Source of the DNA: an uncultured delta proteobacterium
GTDB lineage: Bacteria > Desulfobacterota > Desulfobacteria > Desulfobacterales > Desulfatirhabdiaceae
DNA: 64,000 bases
NCBI GenBank assembly: GCA_963789395.1
Contig: CAWBKP010000003.1
Location: 1-64,000, forward strand
Direction: 5' to 3'
The stretch's first letter is position 1, and the number at the start of each line of letters is the position of its first letter. The position numbers and the translations under genes were made by a program. Shown here in pieces: positions 32,738 to 42,321 of the stretch. The notes beneath the pieces are model-generated. The model was given only the letters and a program-made list of their open reading frames with translations, was not told the origin of the DNA and did no database searches.

Positions 32738-34282
32738 TTATTCAATGTCAAATTTTATTCCCTGCGCCAGAGGCAGCGTGTCGCCAAAGTTGATGGTGTT
32801 GGTTTGACGCCGCATGTAGATTTTCCAAGCATCCGAACCCGATTCCCGCCCGCCGCCGGTGTCTTTTTCCCCGCCAAATGCCCCGCCGATCTCCGCGCCC
32901 GAGGTACCGATATTGACATTGGCAATACCGCAGTCCGATCCCCAGTGAGACAGGAATGCTTCCGACTCTTTCATGTTATCCGTGAAAATTGAGGATGAGA
33001 GCCCCTGTTGAACACCGTTTTGCAGGGAAATGGCTTCATGAACGTCACCTTTGTAACGGATCAAGTAGAGGATCGGGGCAAAGGTTTCTTCCTGAACAAT
33101 ATTGTAATGATTTTCGGCTTCAACAATGGCCGGCCGCACGAAGCAGCCCGATTCAAAACCCGGTCCGGTCAATACCTCGCCGCCAAAAATCAGTTTCCCG
33201 CCTTCTTTCTTGACCTGTTCCAGTGCTTCCAGGAAGGAAGTGACCGTATTCTTATCGATCAGAGGACCGATATGGTTGTTTTCATCCAGTGGATCACCGA
33301 TGCGCAGGCTGCCGTAAGCTTTCAGCAGGAATTCTTTGACTTTTTCATAGACCGATTCATGAATGATCAGGCGCCGTGTCGTCGTACATCGCTGTCCCGC
33401 AGTGCCGACTGCGCCAAACACCACGGATGGGATCGCCATCTTCAAATTGGTGCTGGGAGTGATAATGATGGCGTTATTGCCCCCCAGTTCCATGATGTAT
33501 CTGCCCAGACGTCCGGCAATAACGCCGGCGGCATGTTTGCCGACCCGGGTTGAACCTGTCAGCGAAACCAACGGGATTCGCCTGTCCTTGAGGATCTGCT
33601 CGCCGATCGTCTTGCCACTGCCGACAATCAGATTAAACACGCCATCGGGCACTTCATTTTCTTTCAGGACACTGCACAGAATGTTCTGCGTGGCGATTGC
33701 TGTCAACGGCACTTTTGAGGCAGGTTTCCAGATATTCACATCGCCGCAAACCGCAGCGATCATGGCATTCCATGACCAGACAGCAACGGGGAAGTTAAAT
33801 GCGGAAATGGTGACGACGATTCCCAGCGGATGATATTGATCGTAGATGCGATGCGAAGGACGTTCGGAATGCATGGTAAACCCGTAAAGCTGCCGCGACA
33901 GACCCACGGCGAAATCACAGATATCGATCATTTCCTGCACTTCACCCCAGCCTTCCTGAAGTGATTTTCCCATCTCGTAAGAAACCAGGCTGCCCAGCGG
34001 TTTCTTGAATTCGCGCAGTTTGTTACCAATCTGCCGTACAATTTCACCCCGTCTGGGTGCTGGAACTTTTCGCCAGTATTTAAAAGCTTCTTCCGCCTTT
34101 TTTACCATAGATTCAAAATCAGCTTCCGATGCCTGATATACCGAAGCAATCTGCCGGCCATCCGTCGGCGAGCAAATCATCAGTTCGCCCTGGTCAATGG
34201 TTTTACACCATTCCAATCCGGAAGACATGCCATAATTTTTTTCTTTAATCCCCAATACTTCCAAAATCTTTCTGTCGAACAT
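32738..34282 (-). CDS. Aldehyde dehydrogenase, ALDH7/antiquitin-like (aminoadipate-semialdehyde/P6C dehydrogenase family)
   Basis: AFNFPVAV, ELGGNNA, GTAGQRCT, EETFAP, DCGIANVNIGTSGAEIGGAFGGEK, LPLAQGIKF terminus. Confidence 0.9.
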   Translation of the reverse strand: MFDRKILEVLGIKEKNYGMSSGLEWCKTIDQGELMICSPTDGRQIASVYQASEADFESMVKKAEEAFKYWRKVPAPRRGEIVRQIGNKLREFKKPLGSLVSYEMGKSLQEGWGEVQEMIDICDFAVGLSRQLYGFTMHSERPSHRIYDQYHPLGIVVTISAFNFPVAVWSWNAMIAAVCGDVNIWKPASKVPLTAIATQNILCSVLKENEVPDGVFNLIVGSGKTIGEQILKDRRIPLVSLTGSTRVGKHAAGVIAGRLGRYIMELGGNNAIIITPSTNLKMAIPSVVFGAVGTAGQRCTTTRRLIIHESVYEKVKEFLLKAYGSLRIGDPLDENNHIGPLIDKNTVTSFLEALEQVKKEGGKLIFGGEVLTGPGFESGCFVRPAIVEAENHYNIVQEETFAPILYLIRYKGDVHEAISLQNGVQQGLSSSIFTDNMKESEAFLSHWGSDCGIANVNIGTSGAEIGGAFGGEKDTGGGRESGSDAWKIYMRRQTNTINFGDTLPLAQGIKFDIE

Positions 34283-34365
34283 AAATACTCCTTGAAAATG
34301 CGATAAAAAATAGCTGATCTAAACCTGGCCAAAACGATTTGGGATGGACAGCACAACAACCGCGG

Positions 34366-35538
34366 CTAATAAATTCCGGTCTCTTTCAATGGCCGGTTAT
34401 CCAGTATCCGCACCGGACTGAATATCGACAGATCCAGGGCGTGGGCCTGCCGGGTAATCAATTCGGCGATATACCTGCCTACAGCCGGGGCCTGCTGCAG
34501 TCCGTGTCCGGAAAAACCGTTGGCCAGAAACAGCCCTTCAAGCTCCGGCCATTCTCCGAGGATGGCATTTTCGTCCAGGGTGTTCATCGCATAGAGGCCT
34601 GCCCATCCCCGGACCAGCTTCAATGATTCAAATTCAGGAACAAACTCGGCAAGCTCTGGCCATAACAACTCATAAAACCGTTTGTCCTCCCATGAAAAGG
34701 AAATCCCCACCTGATCCTCGGCCATGGATTTCCCCAAAAGAATCAACCCGCCGGTCTCGGTTCTAAAATACAACCCGGAAGGTAAATATGTCAGCGGAAG
34801 GGGCTCATCCGGCTTGACCTTCGTGTCCAGTGCAAATATCTGGCGCTTGACCGGTTGAACCGGCAGATGCACACCTGCGGTCCGGGCAATCTCTGAACAC
34901 CAGGCGCCCGCACAATTTACGACGACAGCCGCGCTGATGTCTTCTCCGGTCTTCAGGCGAACACCCGTAACCTTCTTGCCGGTTTTTTTGATTTCAGACA
35001 CCTCGGCATGGATAAATTCAGCGCCCATGGAGATGGCTTTTGCCCGGTATCCCATCAGCACGCCGTAGGCATCGAAATGGCCATCCTTGGGACCGAATGA
35101 TGCCCCCACATATCCTTCGGGATTATAGAGCGGATACCGCTCACGCACTTGTTCCGGAGTCCACCATTCAATATCGCAGCCAAGTTCCTGCTGCATTTTC
35201 AGTGCATTATCCGCTGGAATCCGGTTTTCTTCATTCACCATGAAGAGGTTGCCCTCCCGGCGGTATGCAATGGAAGGGCCGCTGCCGTCAACTGCCATTT
35301 CCTCTTCGAAATTTTCGAGGACCTCAAACGCATATTGGGATATCTGCACATTGGGCCGGAAGCTGAACTGGATTCGGGCGTTGGCCATGGACAGGGTGGT
35401 GGATGCGCGGCTATAGGTCGGGTCCATTTCAATCACGGCCGTTTTAAGTCCCGGCGCTGTTCGCGTCAGGTAGTAGGCTGTGGCGCTCCCCATTATGCCA
35501 CCGCCCACAATGACAATATCATAGGTTTTAGAATTCAT
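34366..35538 (-). CDS. FAD-dependent amine oxidoreductase (DAO/sarcosine-oxidase-beta/FOXRED1-like)
   Basis: GGGIMG dinucleotide fold, RIQFS, WAGLY, GFSGHGLQQAPAVG. Confidence 0.88.
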   Translation of the reverse strand: MNSKTYDIVIVGGGIMGSATAYYLTRTAPGLKTAVIEMDPTYSRASTTLSMANARIQFSFRPNVQISQYAFEVLENFEEEMAVDGSGPSIAYRREGNLFMVNEENRIPADNALKMQQELGCDIEWWTPEQVRERYPLYNPEGYVGASFGPKDGHFDAYGVLMGYRAKAISMGAEFIHAEVSEIKKTGKKVTGVRLKTGEDISAAVVVNCAGAWCSEIARTAGVHLPVQPVKRQIFALDTKVKPDEPLPLTYLPSGLYFRTETGGLILLGKSMAEDQVGISFSWEDKRFYELLWPELAEFVPEFESLKLVRGWAGLYAMNTLDENAILGEWPELEGLFLANGFSGHGLQQAPAVGRYIAELITRQAHALDLSIFSPVRILDNRPLKETGIY

Positions 35539-35630
35539 ATCATCTCCGTCTGATCTTTTTCGGTCCCGGATTGGTTGGCCTGAACCCAACCATTGGAATC
35601 CGGACAAGGTCGATAAGCATCTAACAAATC

Positions 35631-35670
35631 ATAGCCCCAACCTGATCCATTTACGGCGGGTTGGGGCTAT
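35631..35670. terminator. Strong inverted repeat downstream of the ABC substrate-binding gene (terminator or mRNA-stabilising hairpin)
   Basis: ATAGCCCCAACC / GGTTGGGGCTAT perfect 12-bp stem. Confidence 0.6.
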
Positions 35671-35733
35671 ATATTAATCTCTGAACTGAATACGGATCCA
35701 AGATAGGATCACTCTGGCTTGGCACGACGATAT

Positions 35734-36870
35734 TTACTCGCCTTTCTTGACCTCGCTGGCAGGCGATGTCACAAACGCCGGCCGTTTGCCTTCACCGGTG
35801 GCGTCAAACTCATACATGGGGTTTCCAACGCCTTCGACCTTGACTTTTTTCAGATTCTGGATAAATGTTTTGCGGTCTACGCCGCCGATCTCGATGACTT
35901 TTGCCGCGACCTTAACCGCATCATACCCATAGATGGCTGCCAACGGGGGGAATCCGCCGTATTTGGGAGCCCAGCGATCCACCAGAACTTTGGCTGCCGG
36001 CCGTTTCACATCCACTGTCGGCGACAACAGGATGTATACGTCTTTCACATCTCCGGCCAGTTCAAAAAACTTGGGTTCTATCAACCCGTCCGGACCGTAA
36101 ATGGGGATGTCCCATCCCATCTGACGCACCTGTTTCACCAGCAGACCGCCTTCGTTGTATGTGACGAAAATCAGCAGCATGCCGGGATTTTCGGATTTGG
36201 CTTTCATCAGAACGGATTTGAAATCAATGTCCTGACCGGGTGTGATCACGCTTTCATTCACAACTTTAACACCGATCTCGGCCGCTTTTTCCTTGAAGCC
36301 TTTGAGAAGCTGCTGGCCGTAGTCCTGGTTCTCGCTGATGATGGCAACACTGTCCTGTTTGAATCTGTTCTTGACGGTCTCCGCCATTTCCTGCGCAATG
36401 CTCCGGGTGGTGTAGGTCAGCCGGGCAACGTTGTCAAATCCCTGTTCGGTGAGGGTGTTGGCATTGGCGTAGGTGATGATGTTGGGAACGCCGTTACGAT
36501 TGTAAACCGGAGTTGCAGCCAGCGCGCAGGAGCTCATGGTGGGCCCGAGCGCAACCAGAAAATCGCTGGAAGAGACATTCTTGGCAACATTGGCGGATTC
36601 CTTGGGATCGCCCCGGTCGTCAAAAAAAGTAAGTTTCAGCTTGTAGCCTTTCAATGGTCCGGCCTGAATCCCGCCCATTTCGTTGATTTCCTCAACAGCC
36701 AGTTCCTGCCCGCGTTTGTCGCCGCTGCCATAGTCGCCGTACTTGCCGGTACAGGCATCGTAGCCTGCAATATTGATGATTTTCTTTTTCGCATCAATCC
36801 CGTCCTTTGCCCATCCAACGGTCCCTATCAACAACAGCGCTAAAATAATGGTGGAGCTTTTTCTGAACAT
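35734..36870 (-). CDS. Branched-chain-amino-acid-type ABC transporter substrate-binding protein
   Basis: Signal peptide; LAVEEINEMGGI, DDRGDP, DYGQ and GYDA LivJ/K-family motifs. Confidence 0.88.
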   Translation of the reverse strand: MFRKSSTIILALLLIGTVGWAKDGIDAKKKIINIAGYDACTGKYGDYGSGDKRGQELAVEEINEMGGIQAGPLKGYKLKLTFFDDRGDPKESANVAKNVSSSDFLVALGPTMSSCALAATPVYNRNGVPNIITYANANTLTEQGFDNVARLTYTTRSIAQEMAETVKNRFKQDSVAIISENQDYGQQLLKGFKEKAAEIGVKVVNESVITPGQDIDFKSVLMKAKSENPGMLLIFVTYNEGGLLVKQVRQMGWDIPIYGPDGLIEPKFFELAGDVKDVYILLSPTVDVKRPAAKVLVDRWAPKYGGFPPLAAIYGYDAVKVAAKVIEIGGVDRKTFIQNLKKVKVEGVGNPMYEFDATGEGKRPAFVTSPASEVKKGE

Positions 36871-36986
36871 GTCACTTCTCCTTTCAATGTGATAAATACT
36901 TGCCTGTTCTACTTTTCGACGGAACACTTCCGTTCTGCAAGGCATCTGTCCCCTGTTTACAATAAACGAGTTCTTTGCCTATCCCC

Positions 36987-37697
36987 TTACGCTTCTCCCA
37001 GATAACACTTTCTGACTCTGTCATCTGCCATAAGGTCTTTTGAATCACCGTGATAGAGGATTTTGCCCAGTTCCATGACATAAGCCCTGCGGGTGATTTT
37101 AAGGGCTTTTTTTACATTTTGCTCCACCAGCACAATGGCAATCCCCTGCTCGTGAAGCTGCGCGATGATCCTGAAAATTTCGTTGACCAGAAAAGGCGCC
37201 AACCCCATGGAGGGTTCATCCAGAAGGAGAAGCTTTGGCCGCGCCATCAGGCCCCTGGCAATGGCCAGCATCTGCTGTTCGCCGCCCGACAGGGTGCCGG
37301 CCGGTTGATTGCGGCGTTCCCCCAGAATCGGGAAAATTTTAAAATACCGCTCGATATCTTTATGGATTTCATCCACATCCTTGCGGATGAACGCACCGAT
37401 TTGCAGATTGGTCATAACCGTTTGCCGGGCAAAAACATGGCGTCCCTCGGGAACATGGGCAATGCCGGCATGAACAATTTTCTCCGGCGCAATCCCCTGG
37501 ATATTCTGGTCCATAAAGGTGATACGCCCCTGAGTGGGACGAACCAGACCGGAAATGGTTTTCAGGAACGTGCTTTTACCGGCTCCGTTGGTCCCGATCA
37601 GGGCAACGATTTCGCCGGGATTGATTTCAAACGAGACGTCACTCAGCACCTTGATCTTGCCGTACTGGGTATGAATGCCTTCGACTTTAAGCATCAT
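36987..37697 (-). CDS. livF: ABC ATPase, LivF-like
   Basis: GTNGAGKST, VPEGR, LSGGEQQM, LDEPSMGLAP. Confidence 0.9.
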   Translation of the reverse strand: MMLKVEGIHTQYGKIKVLSDVSFEINPGEIVALIGTNGAGKSTFLKTISGLVRPTQGRITFMDQNIQGIAPEKIVHAGIAHVPEGRHVFARQTVMTNLQIGAFIRKDVDEIHKDIERYFKIFPILGERRNQPAGTLSGGEQQMLAIARGLMARPKLLLLDEPSMGLAPFLVNEIFRIIAQLHEQGIAIVLVEQNVKKALKITRRAYVMELGKILYHGDSKDLMADDRVRKCYLGEA

Positions 37698-38467
37698 ATC
37701 TCTTCCTCTTCACCCAGATAAATACTCTGGACGCCGCTGTCGGATTGAATTTCCAGAGGACTGCCTTCCTTGAATTTTTGCCCCATATTCAGCACCACAA
37801 TCCGTTCGGCAACCGACATGATGAACCGCATATTGTGCTCGATGATAAAGACCGTTGTCCCAGAAGTCTTGATCCGCTGGATAAACTCGGCCAGGGTGTC
37901 CATTTCTACCGGGTTCATGCCTGCACAGGGCTCATCCAGCAACAGCAGCTCCGGCTCGGAAGCCAGTGCGCGGCAAATCTCCAGAAGGCGCTGCTCACCG
38001 TAGGGCAGGTTTTTGGCCAGCTCATCTCTGCGATCCGCCAGATGCGCCAGCTCCAGAAATTCCAGTGCTTTTTCTTTTGCCGCCTTTTCCCGTTTCCAGG
38101 CAGACAGGGGCCGCAGATACACATCCAGAAGAGAATTTTTTATCTGTGAATGCCGGCCGATGAGAATGTTGGCCATAACCGAAATATTCTGAAATACGCG
38201 AAGGTTTTGAAATGTCCTGGCAATCCCGATTTCCGTAATCCGGTGAACCGGAAGCGTTGTGATGTCCCGATTCTTAAACAGGGTCTGGCCTTTGTCCGGC
38301 GTGTATATTCCGGTCAGAAGGTTGACGAACGTGGATTTTCCCGAACCGTTCGGACCGATCATGCCCAGTATCTCCCCCTTGCCGATACTCAGGCTGATCT
38401 CATTGACAGCCATGATGCCGCCAAAGTGCTTCATCAACTGACGGGTTTCCAGCAAAACCATGAACAC
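37694..38467 (-). CDS. livG: ABC ATPase, LivG-like
   Basis: GPNGSGKST, ARTFQN, LPYGEQR, IEHNM. Confidence 0.9.
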   Translation of the reverse strand: MFMVLLETRQLMKHFGGIMAVNEISLSIGKGEILGMIGPNGSGKSTFVNLLTGIYTPDKGQTLFKNRDITTLPVHRITEIGIARTFQNLRVFQNISVMANILIGRHSQIKNSLLDVYLRPLSAWKREKAAKEKALEFLELAHLADRRDELAKNLPYGEQRLLEICRALASEPELLLLDEPCAGMNPVEMDTLAEFIQRIKTSGTTVFIIEHNMRFIMSVAERIVVLNMGQKFKEGSPLEIQSDSGVQSIYLGEEEEI

Positions 38468-38484
38468 AATCCTTTCTGAAAGTT

Positions 38485-39432
38485 TCAGTCCTTGAAAGCG
38501 GCTGTCCCAAAGAGACCCTGAGGTCTGAAAAGCAATACCGCCACCATGATCACACCGATGATCAGCATCCGATAGTCGGCCAGGGACCGAAATGCCTCCG
38601 TTGCCAGGGTCATGATGATGACGCCGGAAATCGGTGCAAGCAGACTCCCCATTCCCCCGACAATGACCATGATGATCATCAGACAGGATTCATCCAGCCG
38701 GAAACTGGAGGGTGTAATCGTGGTCTGATAGACAGCCAGATAGCTGCCTGCAAGCCCCGCATAAAACGATCCGATACTGAAGGCCAGGATCTTGTAAGCC
38801 GGCGTATTGATTCCCATTACCGAGGCGGCCAGTTCGTCTTCCCGGATGGCCACAAAGGCCCGGCCGAATCGCGATAGGGTCAAAAGCGCCACAGTCAGAT
38901 AGGTGAATCCGACCAGAATAAGCCCCAGGTAGTAAAAATCCGTTTCACTGCGGATCGTCCAGGCGAAAAGTTTCGGGATCGGGATGCCCACAATGCCCAT
39001 GGCGCCGCCCGTAAACGGTATCCATGCCTGAGCGATCAACCGGAAGATCTCTCCGAAGGCAATGGTTAACAGGCAAAAATAATCTCCCCGCACCTTTCGG
39101 GTCGGAATTCCCAGAAGCACCCCAAAAAACAAGGCCAGCAGGCCGGAAAGGATCAGGGCGGACAGAAAGGAAAATCCGTAGCGGGTCATGAGGATGGCCG
39201 TGACATACCCGCCGATACCGTAAAATGCCGCATGGCCGAGAGACAGGAGTCCGGTATACCCCAAGATCAGGTTCAGGCCCATGCACAGGACCGTGTAAAT
39301 AAGGATTAGGTTGACAATCCCCATGTAATAGGCGTTTTCAATGACATGGGGCACAACGGCAAGCCCGATAATCCCGGCAATATGCAGCAGAACATTGAGA
39401 TTTCTGCCTGATTTTATACGAATCTTTGGCAA
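38485..39432 (-). CDS. livM: ABC permease, LivM-like
   Basis: GLLSLGHAAF, RGDY, AIREDE; likely TTG start at 39432 after AGGAG. Confidence 0.85.
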   Translation of the reverse strand: MPKIRIKSGRNLNVLLHIAGIIGLAVVPHVIENAYYMGIVNLILIYTVLCMGLNLILGYTGLLSLGHAAFYGIGGYVTAILMTRYGFSFLSALILSGLLALFFGVLLGIPTRKVRGDYFCLLTIAFGEIFRLIAQAWIPFTGGAMGIVGIPIPKLFAWTIRSETDFYYLGLILVGFTYLTVALLTLSRFGRAFVAIREDELAASVMGINTPAYKILAFSIGSFYAGLAGSYLAVYQTTITPSSFRLDESCLMIIMVIVGGMGSLLAPISGVIIMTLATEAFRSLADYRMLIIGVIMVAVLLFRPQGLFGTAAFKD

Positions 39433-39448
39433 CCTTTCTCCTTTCCGC

Positions 39449-40324
39449 CTACACTTTTCCGGAATCCGCATTGCCCAATATTCCGGTCGGCCGGATGAGC
39501 AGGATGGCAATCAGGATCAAAAAAGTAATCGGATCTTTATATGAACTGGACACATAGACGCTGATCAGGTTTTCCGACAGCCCCAGAATCATGCCGCCGA
39601 TCAGCGCGCCGCCCAGACTGCCGATACCGCCGATGACCGCCGCGGTAAAGGCGATAATGGTTCCCCGAAACCCCATGCTGATGGAAATGGCATTGTAGGA
39701 GGCTGAGTAGAGCACCCCTCCCAGAACTCCGAATACGCCGCCGAAAAAATAGACAACCGATATGGTCCGGTTGATCGGAATTCCCATCAGACTGGAGGTG
39801 GGGATGTCTTCGGAAACGCATAAAATGGCTTTTCCGGCCTTGTGATGTTTTAAAAACAGATTGAAGCCGACAATCACGACCACCGCGACACAGAGCGTGA
39901 AAATATGGGTGACAGAAATCTGAGAGCCGAATACGCTTATATTCTGGTTCGGGAAAAGGGAGGGGAAGGACAGCACCTGGTTTCCCCATGTCAGCTCTGA
40001 AGAATTCTGGATGACATAGGCTGCACCCAGCGCCGTGATCATGGAAATCATGCGGTGCTGCGCTGCTCTCAACCGCCGGTACGCGATGATTTCCACCAGT
40101 GAAGCAAGCGCTCCGCCGATGGCTGCGGCAGATAAAACCGCAATAAATGGATTCAAATGGAACTTGGAAAGGAGCGTGTAGCACACCAGGGTACCGAAAA
40201 TGTAAACATCACCGTGGGCAAAGTTCATCAGCTTTAAGATGCCGTAAACCATGCTGTAGCCGATGGTGACCAGGGAATAAATGGCACCGACCATAACGCC
40301 GACAATCAATACTTCAATTAACAT
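39449..40324 (-). CDS. livH: ABC permease, LivH-like
   Basis: NFAHGD, IGGIGS, RPTGI. Confidence 0.88.
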   Translation of the reverse strand: MLIEVLIVGVMVGAIYSLVTIGYSMVYGILKLMNFAHGDVYIFGTLVCYTLLSKFHLNPFIAVLSAAAIGGALASLVEIIAYRRLRAAQHRMISMITALGAAYVIQNSSELTWGNQVLSFPSLFPNQNISVFGSQISVTHIFTLCVAVVVIVGFNLFLKHHKAGKAILCVSEDIPTSSLMGIPINRTISVVYFFGGVFGVLGGVLYSASYNAISISMGFRGTIIAFTAAVIGGIGSLGGALIGGMILGLSENLISVYVSSSYKDPITFLILIAILLIRPTGILGNADSGKV

Positions 40325-40355
40325 CGGTTCTTCTCCGGCTTAACTCGCCAAAATG

Positions 40356-41096
40356 CTACATGAATCCCTGAAAAGGCCTTCGCACCAGGGCGGAGTGTAC
40401 ATACTGAATCATGGTTATAAAATCGAATACCGGCCGGTTCACCGCTGCCTGAACTGCTGCGGCATAGGGCGGCAGGTCGCTGCATTCCAGAACGATCGCG
40501 CCGATATCCGGATGCTTTTGAACCATTTGTTCAGCGACCTCGACAACCTCGCGTTGAATTTGATCCGAATCCAGGGTCCCTTTTTCCAGCAGAACGGCTT
40601 CACGGAATTCGATCTGATTTTCCATCCCTCCGAATACCAGGGGAATTTCCGGCGTAATGCCCACGCTGGAAAAATGCTCCGGCGTCAGCGCGCTGGAATC
40701 CGCGGAAATGATGCCGATTTTTCGGCCCCTGGGAAGCATCTGATAAATGAACCCGACCTGGAGAAGACTGGAAAGAAACACCGGAATGTCCAGCGCCTCG
40801 GCGACCTGTCTTTGAAACAGCGCCATAAACCCGCAGGCCCCGGTAACCGCTCTTACCCCCTCGTTTTGAAGCTCCCTGGCCGCTTCGATGAACGGTTCAA
40901 TCAGGGACGGGTCCCGCTGATTGAGCAGGCGGTCGATTGAGGCGTTTTTGACGACCTTGTACCGCACCGGAAAATCAAATGTGCCGGCATTGCCCACGTT
41001 TCCGGGAACGCAGGGATACGCGGCATCCAGAATGAGAATGCCGACGGATTCTCCATACCATGACTGCAACTTGTTTCGAACATGATAGACGGCCAT
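40356..41096 (-). CDS. Asp/Glu/hydantoin racemase-family protein
   Basis: PGNVGN, TGACGF and VLECSDLPPY two-cysteine racemase-fold motifs. Confidence 0.78.
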   Translation of the reverse strand: MAVYHVRNKLQSWYGESVGILILDAAYPCVPGNVGNAGTFDFPVRYKVVKNASIDRLLNQRDPSLIEPFIEAARELQNEGVRAVTGACGFMALFQRQVAEALDIPVFLSSLLQVGFIYQMLPRGRKIGIISADSSALTPEHFSSVGITPEIPLVFGGMENQIEFREAVLLEKGTLDSDQIQREVVEVAEQMVQKHPDIGAIVLECSDLPPYAAAVQAAVNRPVFDFITMIQYVHSALVRRPFQGFM

Positions 41097-41296
41097 TGAG
41101 GATGTTTCCCTTTTTTCGATAAATTACTTCGACAAGGTGAATTCCGATGGGGAATGATCCTATCGAATGATTTTGAATAGCGATTGAAAACGAAGGAGAC
41201 AAAATTCAGCAGATCAGGGGACCACAGTCTCAGAAACAACCGACCTTCAATCAAAACAGCCTATCCATAATTCACTGAATTCGATCATCTGAATAT

Positions 41297-41328
41297 CATT
41301 GATATACCAATGGGATTGTAATTGTCAA
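41297..41328 (-). promoter_or_regulatory. Promoter with overlapping GntR-type operator for the racemase-liv operon
   Basis: Minus strand TTGACA (41328-41323), then the near-perfect palindrome CATTGGTATATCAATG (41312-41297) covering the -10 region; gntR is adjacent. Confidence 0.6.
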
Positions 41329-41516
41329 TACTAATAATATCATTAAAACTTCATAAGTGGCTGCCAGTCTTTTTCTTATAACATACTTATAATATTATGA
41401 TTTATTTTATTTTAGACAGCGTATTACACTGTAACGTATGGAAAAGTGCCGGCAGGGAGCCTTAGAAATGGTACGCGAAAGCGATGAATTGAAATAAATT
41501 GTCCCGTGTAGGGATA

Positions 41517-42161
41517 TCAGGAAGGGACTTCCAGAAATTTACGCTTGATCCGTTCCACGTGGCGAAGCAGTAAAGATTTTCGGGTTTCACCTGCCTCGAT
41601 CGGGTTTCGGCGCGCCAGAATCGAGCGGATGGCCCGAATTTCATTGGCAACGGCCAGAACCTCCTCGGTCCAGTCCCCGCGCCCCATGATGACAAACCAT
41701 ATCCGAAAGGTGAGATTGTAAAGCTGATTGGAAATATCCCGGAGCACCGGATTGTTGCCGGCATCGTAGAGAATTTTCCGAAGCGCGGAATCAATCATCG
41801 CAAGGCCTTGATGGTTTCGCTGATCAATCAGCGCCTCACAATCCCTTTCAAGCTTTTCCAGGCTTTCAAGATGGTTCGGTGTCACCATCTCCGCGGCAAG
41901 CCGACCTGCCAGCGCTTCCACCTCCAAGCGGACCTGGAACACATTCATCATTTTATGAAACTCGATCTCTGTCACCATGGTCCCGGAACGCGGCAGAATC
42001 CGGACCAGTTGTTCCCACTCCAGACGATACAGCACTTCACGCAAAGGGGTACGACTGACCCCGAATTCATCCGCCAGAACCTTCTCGTTCAAAATCTGGC
42101 CGGATTGGTATTCCAGGAACAGGATCCGGTCTCGAAGCTGATTATAAATTTCCATGTTCAT
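41517..42161 (-). CDS. GntR-family (FCD) transcriptional regulator
   Basis: LADEFGVSRTPLRE winged HTH, FCD-like C-terminal domain (AGNNPVL). Confidence 0.92.
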   Translation of the reverse strand: MNMEIYNQLRDRILFLEYQSGQILNEKVLADEFGVSRTPLREVLYRLEWEQLVRILPRSGTMVTEIEFHKMMNVFQVRLEVEALAGRLAAEMVTPNHLESLEKLERDCEALIDQRNHQGLAMIDSALRKILYDAGNNPVLRDISNQLYNLTFRIWFVIMGRGDWTEEVLAVANEIRAIRSILARRNPIEAGETRKSLLLRHVERIKRKFLEVPS

Positions 42162-42321
42162 TGATTTCAGTCCATTGGCATGTCGGGTAAATACATCATT
42201 CAGTTGTGCGTATCAGTGGTATTTCTTTAATATTACAATCCTTACCAAACCGGAGCCGTTAAATCAAGAACAAAAAAAGATGGGCGGATCGAAATTATCC
42301 GTAACAGAAAAGAGGAAGGTT

